A DNA stretch of 64,000 bases from Nitrospirota bacterium (GTDB taxonomy: Bacteria; Nitrospirota; UBA9217): NCBI GenBank assembly GCA_035623825.1, contig DASPSR010000022.1, forward strand, positions 1 through 64,000, read 5' to 3'. The notes below the pieces were generated by a model, which made no database searches, was not told the origin of the DNA, and worked only from the letters and a program-made list of their open reading frames with translations. Shown here one piece after another: positions 40,532 to 50,743 of this stretch. Every line of letters starts with the position of its first letter. Positions within the stretch are counted from its first letter, which is position 1. The position numbers were made by a program, and so were the translations under genes.

Positions 40532-41388
40532 TGTACAACACGATAATCGTTGGCTACGATGAGTCCGAACCAAGCAAGGCGGCTCTCAAGGAATCGTCGC
40601 TCTGGGTCAAGAAGCACGGTGGGAGACTCTACCTGGTCCATGCCGTCTTCTTTAACGAGGAGGAGTTTACGAATTTGCCGGCACAACGGGAGCAGCGGCT
40701 GGAACTGGGCGGCAAGATATGCAAAACTGCAAAACAGACCGTCCTGGCAGAAGACGCCATTGAAGTGGAATCCCTCCTATGCGAAGGAGAGCCTCCAGAA
40801 GTCATTGCAGACGTGGCCCGAGGCAAGCAGGCGGACCTCATCGCCCTGGGCACCTACGGCAGAAGGGGACTCAGGCGGCTCCTGATGGGGAGTGTGACGG
40901 CAGAGGTCATCCTCAAGGCCCCATGTGATGTTCTGGTTGTGAAGAGGCAATGCAGCGAGTGCACCGGTCGATACAGTTCGCTTCTGGCTTCTTTTGACGG
41001 GTCGGAAAACAGCAGAAAGGCGCTTCAGCGCGCGTGCGAACTGGCCAAGGCTGACAATGCGGTTGTTTCCGTCCTCTATGTAATTCCGAGATATGAGGAG
41101 ATGATCGAGTTTTTCAAGACCGAATCCATCCAGAAGAGCTTGAGACGAGAGGCAGAGAATATTATCACCCAAGCGCAAAAGATTGCAGTGGAGTCGGGAG
41201 TGAACATAAAGACTTATATCCGGGAGGGAAACGCTGCAGATGAAGTTATCACCGCGACTGAAACAATTGAGAGCGACCTGATCATCATGGGCACTCACGG
41301 ATGGAAAGGATTCAGTAAAGCCGTCATGGGAAGTACGACGAGACGGGTTGTTACCCACGCATCCTGTCCGGTCCTCGTCGTGAAGTGA
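40531..41388 (+). CDS. tandem-domain universal stress protein
   Basis: Two USP domains: IIVGYD.S..S, DLIALGTYGRRG..LMGSV, DLIIMGTHG..MGS..CPVLVV; TAATG overlap. Confidence 0.93.
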   Translation: MYNTIIVGYDESEPSKAALKESSLWVKKHGGRLYLVHAVFFNEEEFTNLPAQREQRLELGGKICKTAKQTVLAEDAIEVESLLCEGEPPEVIADVARGKQADLIALGTYGRRGLRRLLMGSVTAEVILKAPCDVLVVKRQCSECTGRYSSLLASFDGSENSRKALQRACELAKADNAVVSVLYVIPRYEEMIEFFKTESIQKSLRREAENIITQAQKIAVESGVNIKTYIREGNAADEVITATETIESDLIIMGTHGWKGFSKAVMGSTTRRVVTHASCPVLVVK

Positions 41389-41852
41389 GGGGATTTTCAT
41401 CATTTCCATGCCAATTTCCTCTCTGCTCGCGGACGACCTACCTATATATTCTTGGCAACGCTTGCTTGCAATCGCGCCCTGCTGCGCCTTCGAGTTGCAC
41501 GAGGGTATGTTCTTCTTGAATTGAAGAATTACCGGCCTTTTCCAGATCGATCAAACTGGGATCAGCGAGATATGCGACTATCGCACTATTTGCCCGAAAG
41601 CGAACGCGGGACCTGCGGAAGGTGTGTAATAGTCCTTGCGTTTAAAACCCCATGTTTTATAATGTCATACAAGGGCGCGAGCTTCGCAGAAAAAGACACG
41701 GGAAAACTTTTCATCACGGACAAAGCAGACGGATTCCAGCAGCGATCGCCAGTGCAGCTTTGCGAAGCCTGATTATTTGATCAGGGGGGGCGATACGAGA
41801 CCCCGAAGCTTCCGCTTGGCCAAAGATCCTCTAACGAAAGGGAATAAGTACC

Positions 41853-42131
41853 ATGCCTCAAATAGAATCTAATCTCATTGAGTTCTTTTCCCGTTTTACA
41901 GCATTGATCATATTGATCGCCATCGCACTATTCCTTTTATGGCTTGTCACGATCATCGATATCGTGCAGAGCGACTTCAGAACAAATGCCGACAAAATTG
42001 TTTGGTTCTTTTTCGTTATGATGATCCCGCCGGTCGGTATGCTGTTATACTGTATTATCGGTCGATCGCAGAGGATTGAAACAGGACCTGTTGGGCGGTC
42101 AACGCGATATAGGGATGTCGGGCGGGACTGA
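41853..42131 (+). CDS. PLDc N-terminal (PLD nuclease N) domain membrane protein
   Basis: LW..IIDI..KIVW..PPVG.LLY.IIGR. Confidence 0.8.
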   Translation: MPQIESNLIEFFSRFTALIILIAIALFLLWLVTIIDIVQSDFRTNADKIVWFFFVMMIPPVGMLLYCIIGRSQRIETGPVGRSTRYRDVGRD

Positions 42132-42214
42132 ATATTATTAAAGGATAAGGTTGATGTTTTATTGCTGTCCTCCTCTGTTTGTGCCCGCCTGCGGTGTTGC
42201 CGGAGAGATGCGCA

Positions 42215-42790
42215 ATGAGTAAGGGACGAATGGAAGCGTTTAGCGATGGTGTGATCGCAATTCTCATCACCATCATGGTGCTTGAATTGAAGGTGCCGCA
42301 AACGGCTGACGTAGTCGTGCTGCGCCCGCTGGTCCCCGTATTTCTGAGCTATGTATTAAGCTTTGTGTATCTCGGAATCTACTGGAACAACCACCATCAC
42401 CTGCTCCAGTCGATCAAGAATGTCGATGGCCGTGTGCTTTGGGCTAACTTGCATTTGCTGTTCTGGTTATCTCTGATCCCCTTCGTCACAGGCTGGGTAG
42501 GCGAGAATAAATTTGCCTCGTGGCCTGTAGCGCTTTATGGAACAGTACTATTTTTTGCTGCCGTGGCTTATTTCATCCTTACTCGGGCTCTCATCGCCCT
42601 CCACGGCAGGGATTCGGTTCTTTCAGTTGCGCTTGGGCGTGACTTTAAAGGCAAGATCTCCATGATAATCTATCTTGTGGCGATTCCCTTCGCTTTCGCG
42701 GAATCATGGGTTGCCTTTGGGCTTTACATTCTGGTTGCGTCGATATGGCTCATCCCTGACCAACGCATTGAGAGGGCACTGTTGAAATGA
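42215..42790 (+). CDS. TMEM175-family potassium channel
   Basis: RMEAFSDGVIAILITIMVLEL, SYVLSF..GIYWNNHH. Confidence 0.92.
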   Translation: MSKGRMEAFSDGVIAILITIMVLELKVPQTADVVVLRPLVPVFLSYVLSFVYLGIYWNNHHHLLQSIKNVDGRVLWANLHLLFWLSLIPFVTGWVGENKFASWPVALYGTVLFFAAVAYFILTRALIALHGRDSVLSVALGRDFKGKISMIIYLVAIPFAFAESWVAFGLYILVASIWLIPDQRIERALLK

Positions 42791-42802
42791 GATGCTGACC
42801 AC

Positions 42803-43567
42803 ATGGATATAAAACCGCTCCTCGTACTCCTGGCGCTTGCCGTCATCTTTGCACTTGAAGGTGTGTTTCCTTATTACCGAGGGCGCAGAGCGAGGGTAAG
42901 ACACGCCATTCCTCACGTCCTGACGGCGATCATCAACGGCCTCTTGACTAGGTTTGCTCTTGCCGGCGTGACAATCAAAGCAATAGCCTGGGCAGGGAGT
43001 AACTCGCTCGGGCTTGTCGGCAGGCTCTCGCTTCCGGCGTCCGCGGAAACGATTCTCTTTTTCGTGCTCTTCGACGTGTGGACCTATTTTTGGCACATGG
43101 CGAATCACCGCATAGGCTTGTTGTGGAGATTCCACCGTGCGCACCATGCGGATATCGACATGGACACGACCACCGCCCTTCGGTTTCATCCCGGGGAGCT
43201 TGTTTTTTCAACATTTGTCCGTTTGCCCATCGTTATCCTGCTTGGAATGAGCTTTGCGCAGCTGGTCATCTTTGAGATCCTGTTGAACCTATCCACCCTG
43301 TTTCACCACAGCAATCTTGCGGTCCCGGAAAAATGGGATCGTGCGTTGCGCGTGGTCGTGGTGACGCCGAACATGCACCGCGTGCACCATTCGGCGGAAC
43401 GGTTTGAGACGGATTCTAACTTTACAAGCCTCCTGTCGATCTGGGACCGGCTGTATCGGACGTTCCGGATGAGGGAAGACACACGCGCAATCACCATCGG
43501 GCTGCCATTATTCAGGGAGCCAGAATATCAGCGACTGTGGGGGTTCTTGATAACACCGCTCCGGTGA
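42803..43567 (+). CDS. sterol desaturase / fatty acid hydroxylase family protein
   Basis: His boxes HMANH, HRAHH, FHHSN, HRVHH; RFHPGE; WDRL. Confidence 0.9.
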   Translation: MDIKPLLVLLALAVIFALEGVFPYYRGRRARVRHAIPHVLTAIINGLLTRFALAGVTIKAIAWAGSNSLGLVGRLSLPASAETILFFVLFDVWTYFWHMANHRIGLLWRFHRAHHADIDMDTTTALRFHPGELVFSTFVRLPIVILLGMSFAQLVIFEILLNLSTLFHHSNLAVPEKWDRALRVVVVTPNMHRVHHSAERFETDSNFTSLLSIWDRLYRTFRMREDTRAITIGLPLFREPEYQRLWGFLITPLR

Positions 43568-43762
43568 ACCCTACGGCGTAAATTTCAGATAGCAGACGTC
43601 AAGGTCGCCACTCCTTGTAATTCTTAAATATCAGCCAGCGTTTTATCTCCCCCAATCAATCATCTCCCTTTTCGCCACGATTGACATAATCCGGAATCGG
43701 GAATATATTTGGTATTGAAGAATAATTGAGACGGTGATCGTAGTAATAAGGAGAGATCCCAT

Positions 43763-44515
43763 ATGGTTGATGCGAACGCGATGCGTACGTTGCATGAGGC
43801 CATAGATGCGCATGGCGGGATGGATTATTGGAATAGTCTCGAGGCTCTTGAAATGGAAATATCGGCAAGCGGCTTCCTTTTCACGGCAAAGCGAAGGCCT
43901 ATTCTGCGACATGTTCGTATGAGAGCTGCCACTCGTGAACCGAGATTTACCTTCTTTGATTTCCCGAATGAGAATCAGACATCTGAACTCATCGGGAACA
44001 ACGAGGTCCGCATCCTTAACAGTGAAGGAAAAATCATTGGGCGGAGAGAGAACCCACGAGCGGCTTTTCGCGGCCTCCGCCGGCAGTTTGCCTGGGACGA
44101 TCTGGATTTCATCTACTTTGGAGGCTATGCTATCTGGAATTATCTTACGACGCCATTCCTGCTGGCGCGCGCGGGCTTTGTCGTCGAAGCCCTGAAACCG
44201 TTGCGTGGATCGCTGGCATCGCTGATCAGATTGCGAGCGACCTTCCCCGATGATGTTCCCACGCACTCTCGCAGGCAGATCTTCTACTTCGACGAGCGAC
44301 GATTGCTTCGGCGCCTTGATTATACGGCTGAGGTCGTTGGCGGCTGGGCGCACGCCGCTCACTTGTGCGAGGAATATCGTATGTTCGACAGGCTCAAGGC
44401 CCCGTGCCGACGGAAAGTGTTGCCGCTGCTCTTCGGACATAAGCCGTTGCCCGGACCGATTCTGGTCGCGCTGGACGTGCACAATATTACTCCGGTTCCG
44501 ACTGAAACGATTTAG
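43763..44515 (+). CDS. conserved hypothetical protein
   Basis: AIDAHGG..W, WDDLD..YF.GYA.WNY..PF, THSR.Q.FYFD..LLRRLDY. Confidence 0.75.
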   Translation: MVDANAMRTLHEAIDAHGGMDYWNSLEALEMEISASGFLFTAKRRPILRHVRMRAATREPRFTFFDFPNENQTSELIGNNEVRILNSEGKIIGRRENPRAAFRGLRRQFAWDDLDFIYFGGYAIWNYLTTPFLLARAGFVVEALKPLRGSLASLIRLRATFPDDVPTHSRRQIFYFDERRLLRRLDYTAEVVGGWAHAAHLCEEYRMFDRLKAPCRRKVLPLLFGHKPLPGPILVALDVHNITPVPTETI

Positions 44516-44592
44516 ATTTACAGATTTAAAGTGACTGATCGTCTTTTCAAAGCCTCAACAGGTCATCCAAATTTTTGTTAAAGGAGGAAATC

Positions 44593-44868
44593 GTGGAAGA
44601 CCGCGAACTTTACGAACGGGCAAGAAAAAGAGTTGAAACTCGGATTGGTTTTTATATCCACTTATTCGTTTATCTGGCGGTCAATGCATTGCTGATCTTC
44701 ATTAACCTTACTACGTCCCCTGATTATTACTGGTTCAAGTGGCCACTGCTTGGATGGGGTATTGGCCTGCTGTTCCATGCTTTAGGAGTTTATGCATCAT
44801 CCATAGGCGGATCTGTGAAAGACCGAATGATAAAAAAAGAAATGGAAAGGGAATCGTCGAGAAAATAA
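44593..44868 (+). CDS. 2TM domain protein
   Basis: YERARKRV..GFYIHL.VY..VN, WF.WPLLGWGIGL..H; AGGAGG RBS with GTG start. Confidence 0.88.
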   Translation: MEDRELYERARKRVETRIGFYIHLFVYLAVNALLIFINLTTSPDYYWFKWPLLGWGIGLLFHALGVYASSIGGSVKDRMIKKEMERESSRK

Positions 44869-44933
44869 GCAAAGTTATGCCGCATCATAATTTATGACGA
44901 TATCGTCGGATACGAAGTGCCGAGACGTTCGCT

Positions 44934-45464
44934 ATGGATAGAATGATAATCTTATACAGCATGATTCGCGTGGCCGTCGTAGCTCTCATCTTGACTCTAC
45001 CGGGGTGCACGTTCGTGAAACTGATGACCTTGGAGCAGCCAACATTCACCTATACGGGAAGCGAACTGGTCGAGTCTTCGCAAAGCACGACGACCGTGAA
45101 TTTTCTCTTCTCCGTGCATAACCCGAATGAAGCGGGATTGAAGAGCGTAACCTGCTCATACACGCTTTTTGTGGAAGGCAAAAAGATACTGAAAGGGAAT
45201 GAGATCCCCTTGACGCTTAAGCCGAAAGGCGACACGGAGATCAAGATCCCCGCAACGATCACCTATACGGACCTCTTCCCCGTTGTGGGGTCAGTCGTAA
45301 AGCGGATTTTATCCGGCCAGAAAACAATCCCCGTGGCAATCGACGTCGTCTTTTCCGGTAAACCGGCGATTTATGGCGAAGCAGGTAAAGAAAAACCGCT
45401 TTCCTTCGAGATGAGATTGATCAAGACGGCAGAGATTCCGTTGCCGCAAGTAGAGATGATGTAA
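44934..45464 (+). CDS. LEA type 2 (WHy) family lipoprotein
   Basis: Lipobox LPGC; VHNPN..L..Y.L.V.G. Confidence 0.8.
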   Translation: MDRMIILYSMIRVAVVALILTLPGCTFVKLMTLEQPTFTYTGSELVESSQSTTTVNFLFSVHNPNEAGLKSVTCSYTLFVEGKKILKGNEIPLTLKPKGDTEIKIPATITYTDLFPVVGSVVKRILSGQKTIPVAIDVVFSGKPAIYGEAGKEKPLSFEMRLIKTAEIPLPQVEMM

Positions 45465-46026
45465 GGACAGCGGGAGAATTCGATGCAATATCGGCGAAGC
45501 GGATAGCCGCTTCCAAAACTGTACACTTTTGGCGATCTGAGCCCGTGTTAAATTTGTGCCGGAAACTTACTATCGACGCTAATTTCACCACATGGTTGCC
45601 GTCGGAAGTCACGGTTTGGGTCAAGGCAGGGAGGAAATCTTCGCAACTTTTTAATTGACCCGATTCCCCGCTACCGGCTTGCGTGCAGAATCTCGCCTAC
45701 GACCGTGGCGGCGGGAGTCGACTGGTTAAGGAGAGAATGATTGCATCATCGAAGACGGCGCACAGCGCCTTCCTCCGGGACGCCGCGCCCCTTCTCCGGT
45801 CGCCCTCCTTTGAAGGAGACACACGTCACCTTGAAATAAACTGCAGCCTTGATTTTCCGAGGTGCACGGCAAGCGATGTCTTTGCTATCCCGAAGACGAT
45901 ACCGCCAAAAACTTTGCTGCCCCGGACGTACTGGCTGGTTCGCGCTTCCAGACGCCGTAAAGTTGATACGTCAAAGCAGGGCAGCGATCGGAGATAACCC
46001 TGTAAAATGCCGTTCAAGCGCGATAA

Positions 46027-46272
46027 TTAGCGTTCTCTTTCGCCGGCCTCAATGCCTTTCTTGGTCTGCTCAATGGCTTGATGCACAAGCTTAAGAGCTT
46101 TTTCGCGGTGCCCGCCCTTATTGTGCTCCGCAACTTCCAATTCCATCTGAGCTTTTTTCAGGGCCTCAAGGGCAGCCATCATATGTGGCTGTTGCATCGC
46201 AGCCCAACCGCCGATTGCACCGCCAATAACAAGACCGGTAACGAGAAGAACGACCGTAATCCTTTTTCCCAT
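46027..46272 (-). CDS. small secreted helical protein
   Basis: Signal peptide; QPHM.AAL..L..A..EL..A.HNKGGHREKAL; GGAGG RBS. Confidence 0.75.
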   Translation of the reverse strand: MGKRITVVLLVTGLVIGGAIGGWAAMQQPHMMAALEALKKAQMELEVAEHNKGGHREKALKLVHQAIEQTKKGIEAGERER

Positions 46273-46591
46273 ATGCCCTCCCTTTTCCAGGATAATTTAA
46301 CGAAAATTATATCACCGATAAATTGTGTTTGCAATCGCGATGTGATATAGTTAAAATTACTTCCTGAAACCGTGAGTCGCCGGAGCTCTTCGATATTCTA
46401 AGTTTCATGTCTCAGATCATTGCTCTTCTTTTAAGGAAAATGCGAGTTGCAGGTGGCTTCGACAAGTATCTGCGAGTTACTGATGTAGTTGCCAGAGCGT
46501 CTTTCTCCTGAGCTTAACAGAATTCCAAGCCCTGAAACTGCACGGAATAAGCAGTCATTGACTGCGCCGGAAAAGATAACAATAAAAGATT

Positions 46592-47191
46592 ATGCATTCA
46601 CTAAATCTCTTCATTTCATTTGTCGAGGCGCACCGATACTGGGGATACGGCTTGCTTTTTATGGCCATGATTTTCGAGGGAGAACTTTTTTTGACCGCAA
46701 CCGGCATGTTGGTTCGGCTCCAGGCATTTGATTTCTTCGATGCATTTTTCTTCGCCCTGGCAGGAGTGCTGACCGGAGATATGCTCTGGTATTGGGCAGG
46801 GAGATTGCTCCAATATAGATATCCGAACCATCGCATCACCCTGTTCGTCGTGCACCGCGTCAAGCGATATCTTCCGAGCATTGCGAGAAACCCTTTTCAT
46901 GTCATTTTCCTGTCGAAATTTATTTACGGTTTGAACCATTCAACCCTCGTAGTCCTCGGCTTTCTCAAAATCCCCTTCGGGCATTTTTTTCGCATCCAAT
47001 TTATTACCTCTTTCATCTGGTCGCTGCTCTTTTTGATCGTCGGATATATGTTCGGGGGCGTAGCGCTTACGATCACGCACCGAATGCAACGCTTCATGAT
47101 AGTCGCTTTTCTCTTCTTGGTGGCAGTTGCGGTGATCGATTACGTTGTCGGACAGTTTATTGAAAAGGCAGAACGAAAACATAAGGAATAG
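46592..47191 (+). CDS. DedA family membrane protein
   Basis: EGEL..G.L, GDMLWYWAGR, SKFIYG. Confidence 0.88.
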   Translation: MHSLNLFISFVEAHRYWGYGLLFMAMIFEGELFLTATGMLVRLQAFDFFDAFFFALAGVLTGDMLWYWAGRLLQYRYPNHRITLFVVHRVKRYLPSIARNPFHVIFLSKFIYGLNHSTLVVLGFLKIPFGHFFRIQFITSFIWSLLFLIVGYMFGGVALTITHRMQRFMIVAFLFLVAVAVIDYVVGQFIEKAERKHKE

Positions 47192-47357
47192 AAATAGATG
47201 GTTTCCCGTTTATAAAGACGCTTCGTTAAAGCAGCGTGGTTGCGGTTTCGCCGAAGTCCGTATTTGTACTATCATTTATGTAATTTTGTGTTATAATATA
47301 AAAGTGTCGATTTTGCCGGTTCCTTAATCCCTGCTTCAAAGCATGAGGAGGTACTTT

Positions 47358-47549
47358 ATGTTTGAAGGACTGTTTAGACCAATGCACTTGCTCGTGATAC
47401 TATTTATCGTATTAATCATATTCGGCCCTGGAAGATTGCCGGAAATCGGGGAAGGGCTGGGAAAAAGCATCAGATCATTCAAGAAAGCCTTCTCCGAAAA
47501 GGACGATGAGCAAAAGTCCATTGAACAAAAAGAAGAAAAAAAGGCGTAA
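47358..47549 (+). CDS. tatA: twin-arginine translocase TatA/TatE subunit
   Basis: [26 protein letters not shown]. Confidence 0.92.
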   Translation: MFEGLFRPMHLLVILFIVLIIFGPGRLPEIGEGLGKSIRSFKKAFSEKDDEQKSIEQKEEKKA

Positions 47550-47583
47550 AAGAGCATTCTCGATAAGTTCAGCACCCTTCGAA

Positions 47584-47633
47584 AAATCGGCAGGTTTCGT
47601 ATCCGTAAATTCATGGAGCGTACCTGCCGATTT
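47584..47633. repeat. 12-bp inverted repeat (stem-loop) after tatA
   Basis: AAATCGGCAGGT ... ACCTGCCGATTT. Confidence 0.6.
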
Positions 47634-47829
47634 CGTCAATCCTAACCACTTCAAAATTTGATATGAAAAGGCCGATTCGTTGCACATATTGAAGACCATG
47701 GTGCAGCGGATCACGCTGTCACGGGCATTTTAAAGGGTTCAAATTAACGCGCGATGCCCACAGCGTTTTGGCGCACCTTTAATTTTGTAGCAGACGAGGG
47801 TTTTACGGGCATGCAGATTCCATGTTGAA

Positions 47830-48432
47830 ATGGAGAGGGAAAAAATGACTGAAGCAGAACTTCCCCGGCTTGAAGAGCTCGAAGAGGTCAAGTCAAAGAT
47901 TTTTACAAAACGCGTCGCCTTGACCACGGCAATATTTGCGGTGCTCCTCGCCATCACCTCGCTGGGCGGCAACTACACCATGAAGGAAATGCTGCTTTCA
48001 CAACAGCAGGCATCGGACCAATGGGCCTTTTACCAGTCAAAGGTCCTGCGGGAGCACCTCTACAAAACGAACAGCCGGCGGATCGAAATGGACCTTCTAG
48101 AGAGAGGCACGGGCATGGGTCCGGAGGCAAAGAGGCGGTATGAGGCCATGCTTAAGGACATGCGGGCGGAAGAAGCCAGATACGGCGAGGAAAAGAAACA
48201 AATAGAAGAAGAGGCCAAGCACCTCGAGGCTGAGCGGGACAGCAACCTCAGTAAGGACCCTTATTTCGACTTCGCCGAGGTCCTGCTGCAGATATCCATT
48301 GTATTGGCATCGATCTCGATACTGGCTGTCTCTCGCCGGATATTTTATTTCGCGATTGTTTCTGCGTCACTTGGCACCATCCTGATGCTGAACGGGTATT
48401 TGTTGATCTTTAAGTTGCCATTCTTCCATTGA
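47830..48432 (+). CDS. DUF4337 family membrane protein
   Basis: VALTTAIFAV, ASDQWAFYQSK, FDFAEVLLQISIVLASI. Confidence 0.85.
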   Translation: MEREKMTEAELPRLEELEEVKSKIFTKRVALTTAIFAVLLAITSLGGNYTMKEMLLSQQQASDQWAFYQSKVLREHLYKTNSRRIEMDLLERGTGMGPEAKRRYEAMLKDMRAEEARYGEEKKQIEEEAKHLEAERDSNLSKDPYFDFAEVLLQISIVLASISILAVSRRIFYFAIVSASLGTILMLNGYLLIFKLPFFH

Positions 48433-48520
48433 CCGCCGTTGGCTGCAAGTCAAGGTGTGCTTGCCGGGTGCGACCGGGATGATATCCGGAAGTTTCAGAT
48501 AGAATTTATCAGAGGCAAGC

Positions 48521-48784
48521 ATGATTGCAGAGGCCATAATTCAGGGCGCAAATATCGGTTTTCTGATCGGCATTATTTTTGCCACATACTACTGGTTTAA
48601 AGCATTTCAGCACAGAATAAAATCAGACTCCTCTTTGTTCGACTGGACGTCTTACGGCTTGTCCATTTTTTCTCCCAAGTATTTCACTGCGGAAGGCAAC
48701 CGATACAGGAAAAGATTCTGGCTTGCGACCCTGGCGGCCTTAATCATGCTTGCAGTCCCTTGGGTCGCAAGATATTTCAAGTGA
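48521..48784 (+). CDS. hypothetical two-TM protein
   Basis: 87 aa, two hydrophobic helices, FTAEGNRYR. Confidence 0.6.
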   Translation: MIAEAIIQGANIGFLIGIIFATYYWFKAFQHRIKSDSSLFDWTSYGLSIFSPKYFTAEGNRYRKRFWLATLAALIMLAVPWVARYFK

Positions 48785-48920
48785 TCGTGCATTTTGATTC
48801 TGGGCACTCCCTGCTTCTGACCGGCATGGCTATAATTTTCGCTTTTTAGCAGCATGTGATATCCCATCCGGGATTGTCGAGGCAAATGGCCGATCGGGGC
48901 CTTCGTGGGCCATTAACGTC

Positions 48921-48949
48921 TTGACAAATCGATCAGCAAAGATTAATCT
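48921..48949 (+). promoter_or_regulatory. sigma-70 promoter
   Basis: TTGACA-N17-TAATCT directly upstream of the leader ORF. Confidence 0.55.
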
Positions 48950-48972
48950 ATGCTCACCCGGAAAGGTGAGCC

Positions 48973-49242
48973 ATGCGCTGGTACAAACAGGTCATAGCTT
49001 TTTTAATACTTGTTCTCCTGGTCTCCGTGGTCGCTGCGGCGCTCCATCATCACGAGAACACCGCGGACAACCACGACTGCCCTGTCTGTCTTGTAAGCTA
49101 TCATCAGCAGGCAGCCAGCCGGGCCACGGTCGCATTTGACGGCATCCCCTTTATCACCGAAACAGTATATTCTGCCCCCGCGCCAGAGATTACCGAGCAG
49201 ACTTTCATCTCCCTTCTCGCCAATCGCGCTCCTCCGGCATAA
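48973..49242 (+). CDS. DUF2946-like metal-sensing leader/arrest peptide (CxxC plus RAPP)
   Basis: Signal-like N-terminus, HHH..HDCPVC, C-terminal NRAPPA-stop; first gene before a metal-uptake operon. Confidence 0.75.
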   Translation: MRWYKQVIAFLILVLLVSVVAAALHHHENTADNHDCPVCLVSYHQQAASRATVAFDGIPFITETVYSAPAPEITEQTFISLLANRAPPA

Positions 49243-49387
49243 ACCGTCTTCAGAAGTGATATCCTACTGCGAACGCGTAAGGACCATGCAGACCCGTGAA
49301 CGGTGTTCGTCCTGATGCTTTGGCATGATCCTGTGCGTGCGCTCGCCCTGGTATCGAGACATTACACTGTTTACTGACGGAGGTGTC

Positions 49388-50734
49388 ATGAAATCTATCG
49401 TCACTTCGTCTGGCATGTTCACGCTCATGCTCGTATTTTGCGCGGCACCAGTTTTTGCCGCCGACGTGGATGAGCGTCTGAACCAGCTGGAAGATTCGGT
49501 CAAGAAGCAGGAAGTAACAATACAGCAGCAACAGGAAACCATCAATAACCTTAAAGCTGATCTCGAGAAGCAAAAGGCTCAGACTGCCCCGCAGGAAGCA
49601 ACTCCCGCTCCCCAGGCGCCGAAAGCGAGCGGTCTGTTCGGCGGCAGCATTTTCACCAACCCGAGCATCTCAATGGTCCTTGACACTTTTTACTATAGAT
49701 CGAACCTCACGAACGACGAACTCGCAAATTGGACCATCCCGGGATTCACGACGCAGGGGCCGGACCAGCGGAACGGGTTCAATCTCGATTCGGTCGAGCT
49801 TTTCTTCTTTTCTCCCGTTGATCCCTATTTCGACATGTACGTCAATATTCCCGTGACCGACAACGGGGTGAGCATTGAAGAGGCCTATGTCGTAACCACG
49901 GACCTGCCTGAAGGTTGGCAGATCAAGGGCGGCAGGTTCAAGAGCAATTTCAGCAGGCTCGACGCCCAGCATCCACACGCGTGGGATTTCTGGGACATAG
50001 CGCTTCCCTATCGAGCGTTTCTCGGCAATGAGGGTCTGGGCGGCGAAAATGGCGTACAGCTAACCTATCTCCCCGTTCTGCCGGTATACACGCAACTAGG
50101 CGCTGAGGTCCTCCAAGGGGAAAACGACCTTCTGTTCGGTCCGGATGCCGCTCAAGGGCCGCACGCCTATAGTTTTTTCGTAAAGTGTTCTGTCGATACG
50201 AGCGACTATTCGACCTTTTACTTCGGACCGTCCGTATTGTTCGGCGAGACGAACAACCAGAACATTCTTCCCGGCTCAGTGGTCGCGGCTGACAGCGCCC
50301 TGTACGTTTTTGAAGCGGTCTGGAAATGGAAACCATCGAGCAGGGAGGCATTGACGATACAAAGCGAGTACCTGTTTCTGCTGCAAGAGGGCACCTCGAC
50401 GGGCCTGACGAGCGGTATCAGCGAATCTCTACGACGCAGACAGGACGGTTTTTACGTCCAGGGCGTCTATCGTAAGAACCGCTGGGGCGTTGGCGCTCGT
50501 TACGATGTGCTGGATCTCTTTCAAGACACGTTCAAGCTGGGCGGCGTGCAGCAGAACTTCGGCGGCAAGCCTCACCGCGAGACAGCCAGTCTCGAATACA
50601 ACCCGAGCGAATTTACTCGCGTAAGACTCCAGCTGAGCCACGATCAGTCCGATACGACCTCCGGGCGAACGAACGACGAGGCTATTTTGCAATTCAATTT
50701 CAGCATCGGGGCGCACCCAGCGCACTCATTTTAG
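49388..50734 (+). CDS. outer-membrane beta-barrel (porin-like) protein of metal-uptake operons
   Basis: Signal peptide, coiled coil, NPSIS, VDPYF, EEAY, QHPHAWDF, PSEFTRVRLQ, C-terminal IGAHPAHSF. Confidence 0.8.
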   Translation: MKSIVTSSGMFTLMLVFCAAPVFAADVDERLNQLEDSVKKQEVTIQQQQETINNLKADLEKQKAQTAPQEATPAPQAPKASGLFGGSIFTNPSISMVLDTFYYRSNLTNDELANWTIPGFTTQGPDQRNGFNLDSVELFFFSPVDPYFDMYVNIPVTDNGVSIEEAYVVTTDLPEGWQIKGGRFKSNFSRLDAQHPHAWDFWDIALPYRAFLGNEGLGGENGVQLTYLPVLPVYTQLGAEVLQGENDLLFGPDAAQGPHAYSFFVKCSVDTSDYSTFYFGPSVLFGETNNQNILPGSVVAADSALYVFEAVWKWKPSSREALTIQSEYLFLLQEGTSTGLTSGISESLRRRQDGFYVQGVYRKNRWGVGARYDVLDLFQDTFKLGGVQQNFGGKPHRETASLEYNPSEFTRVRLQLSHDQSDTTSGRTNDEAILQFNFSIGAHPAHSF

Positions 50735-50743
50735 GAGAAAACA

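Noticed and set aside
45465-46020. Several 60-100 aa overlapping ORFs
   Set aside because: No consistent coding frame, RBS or recognisable family.
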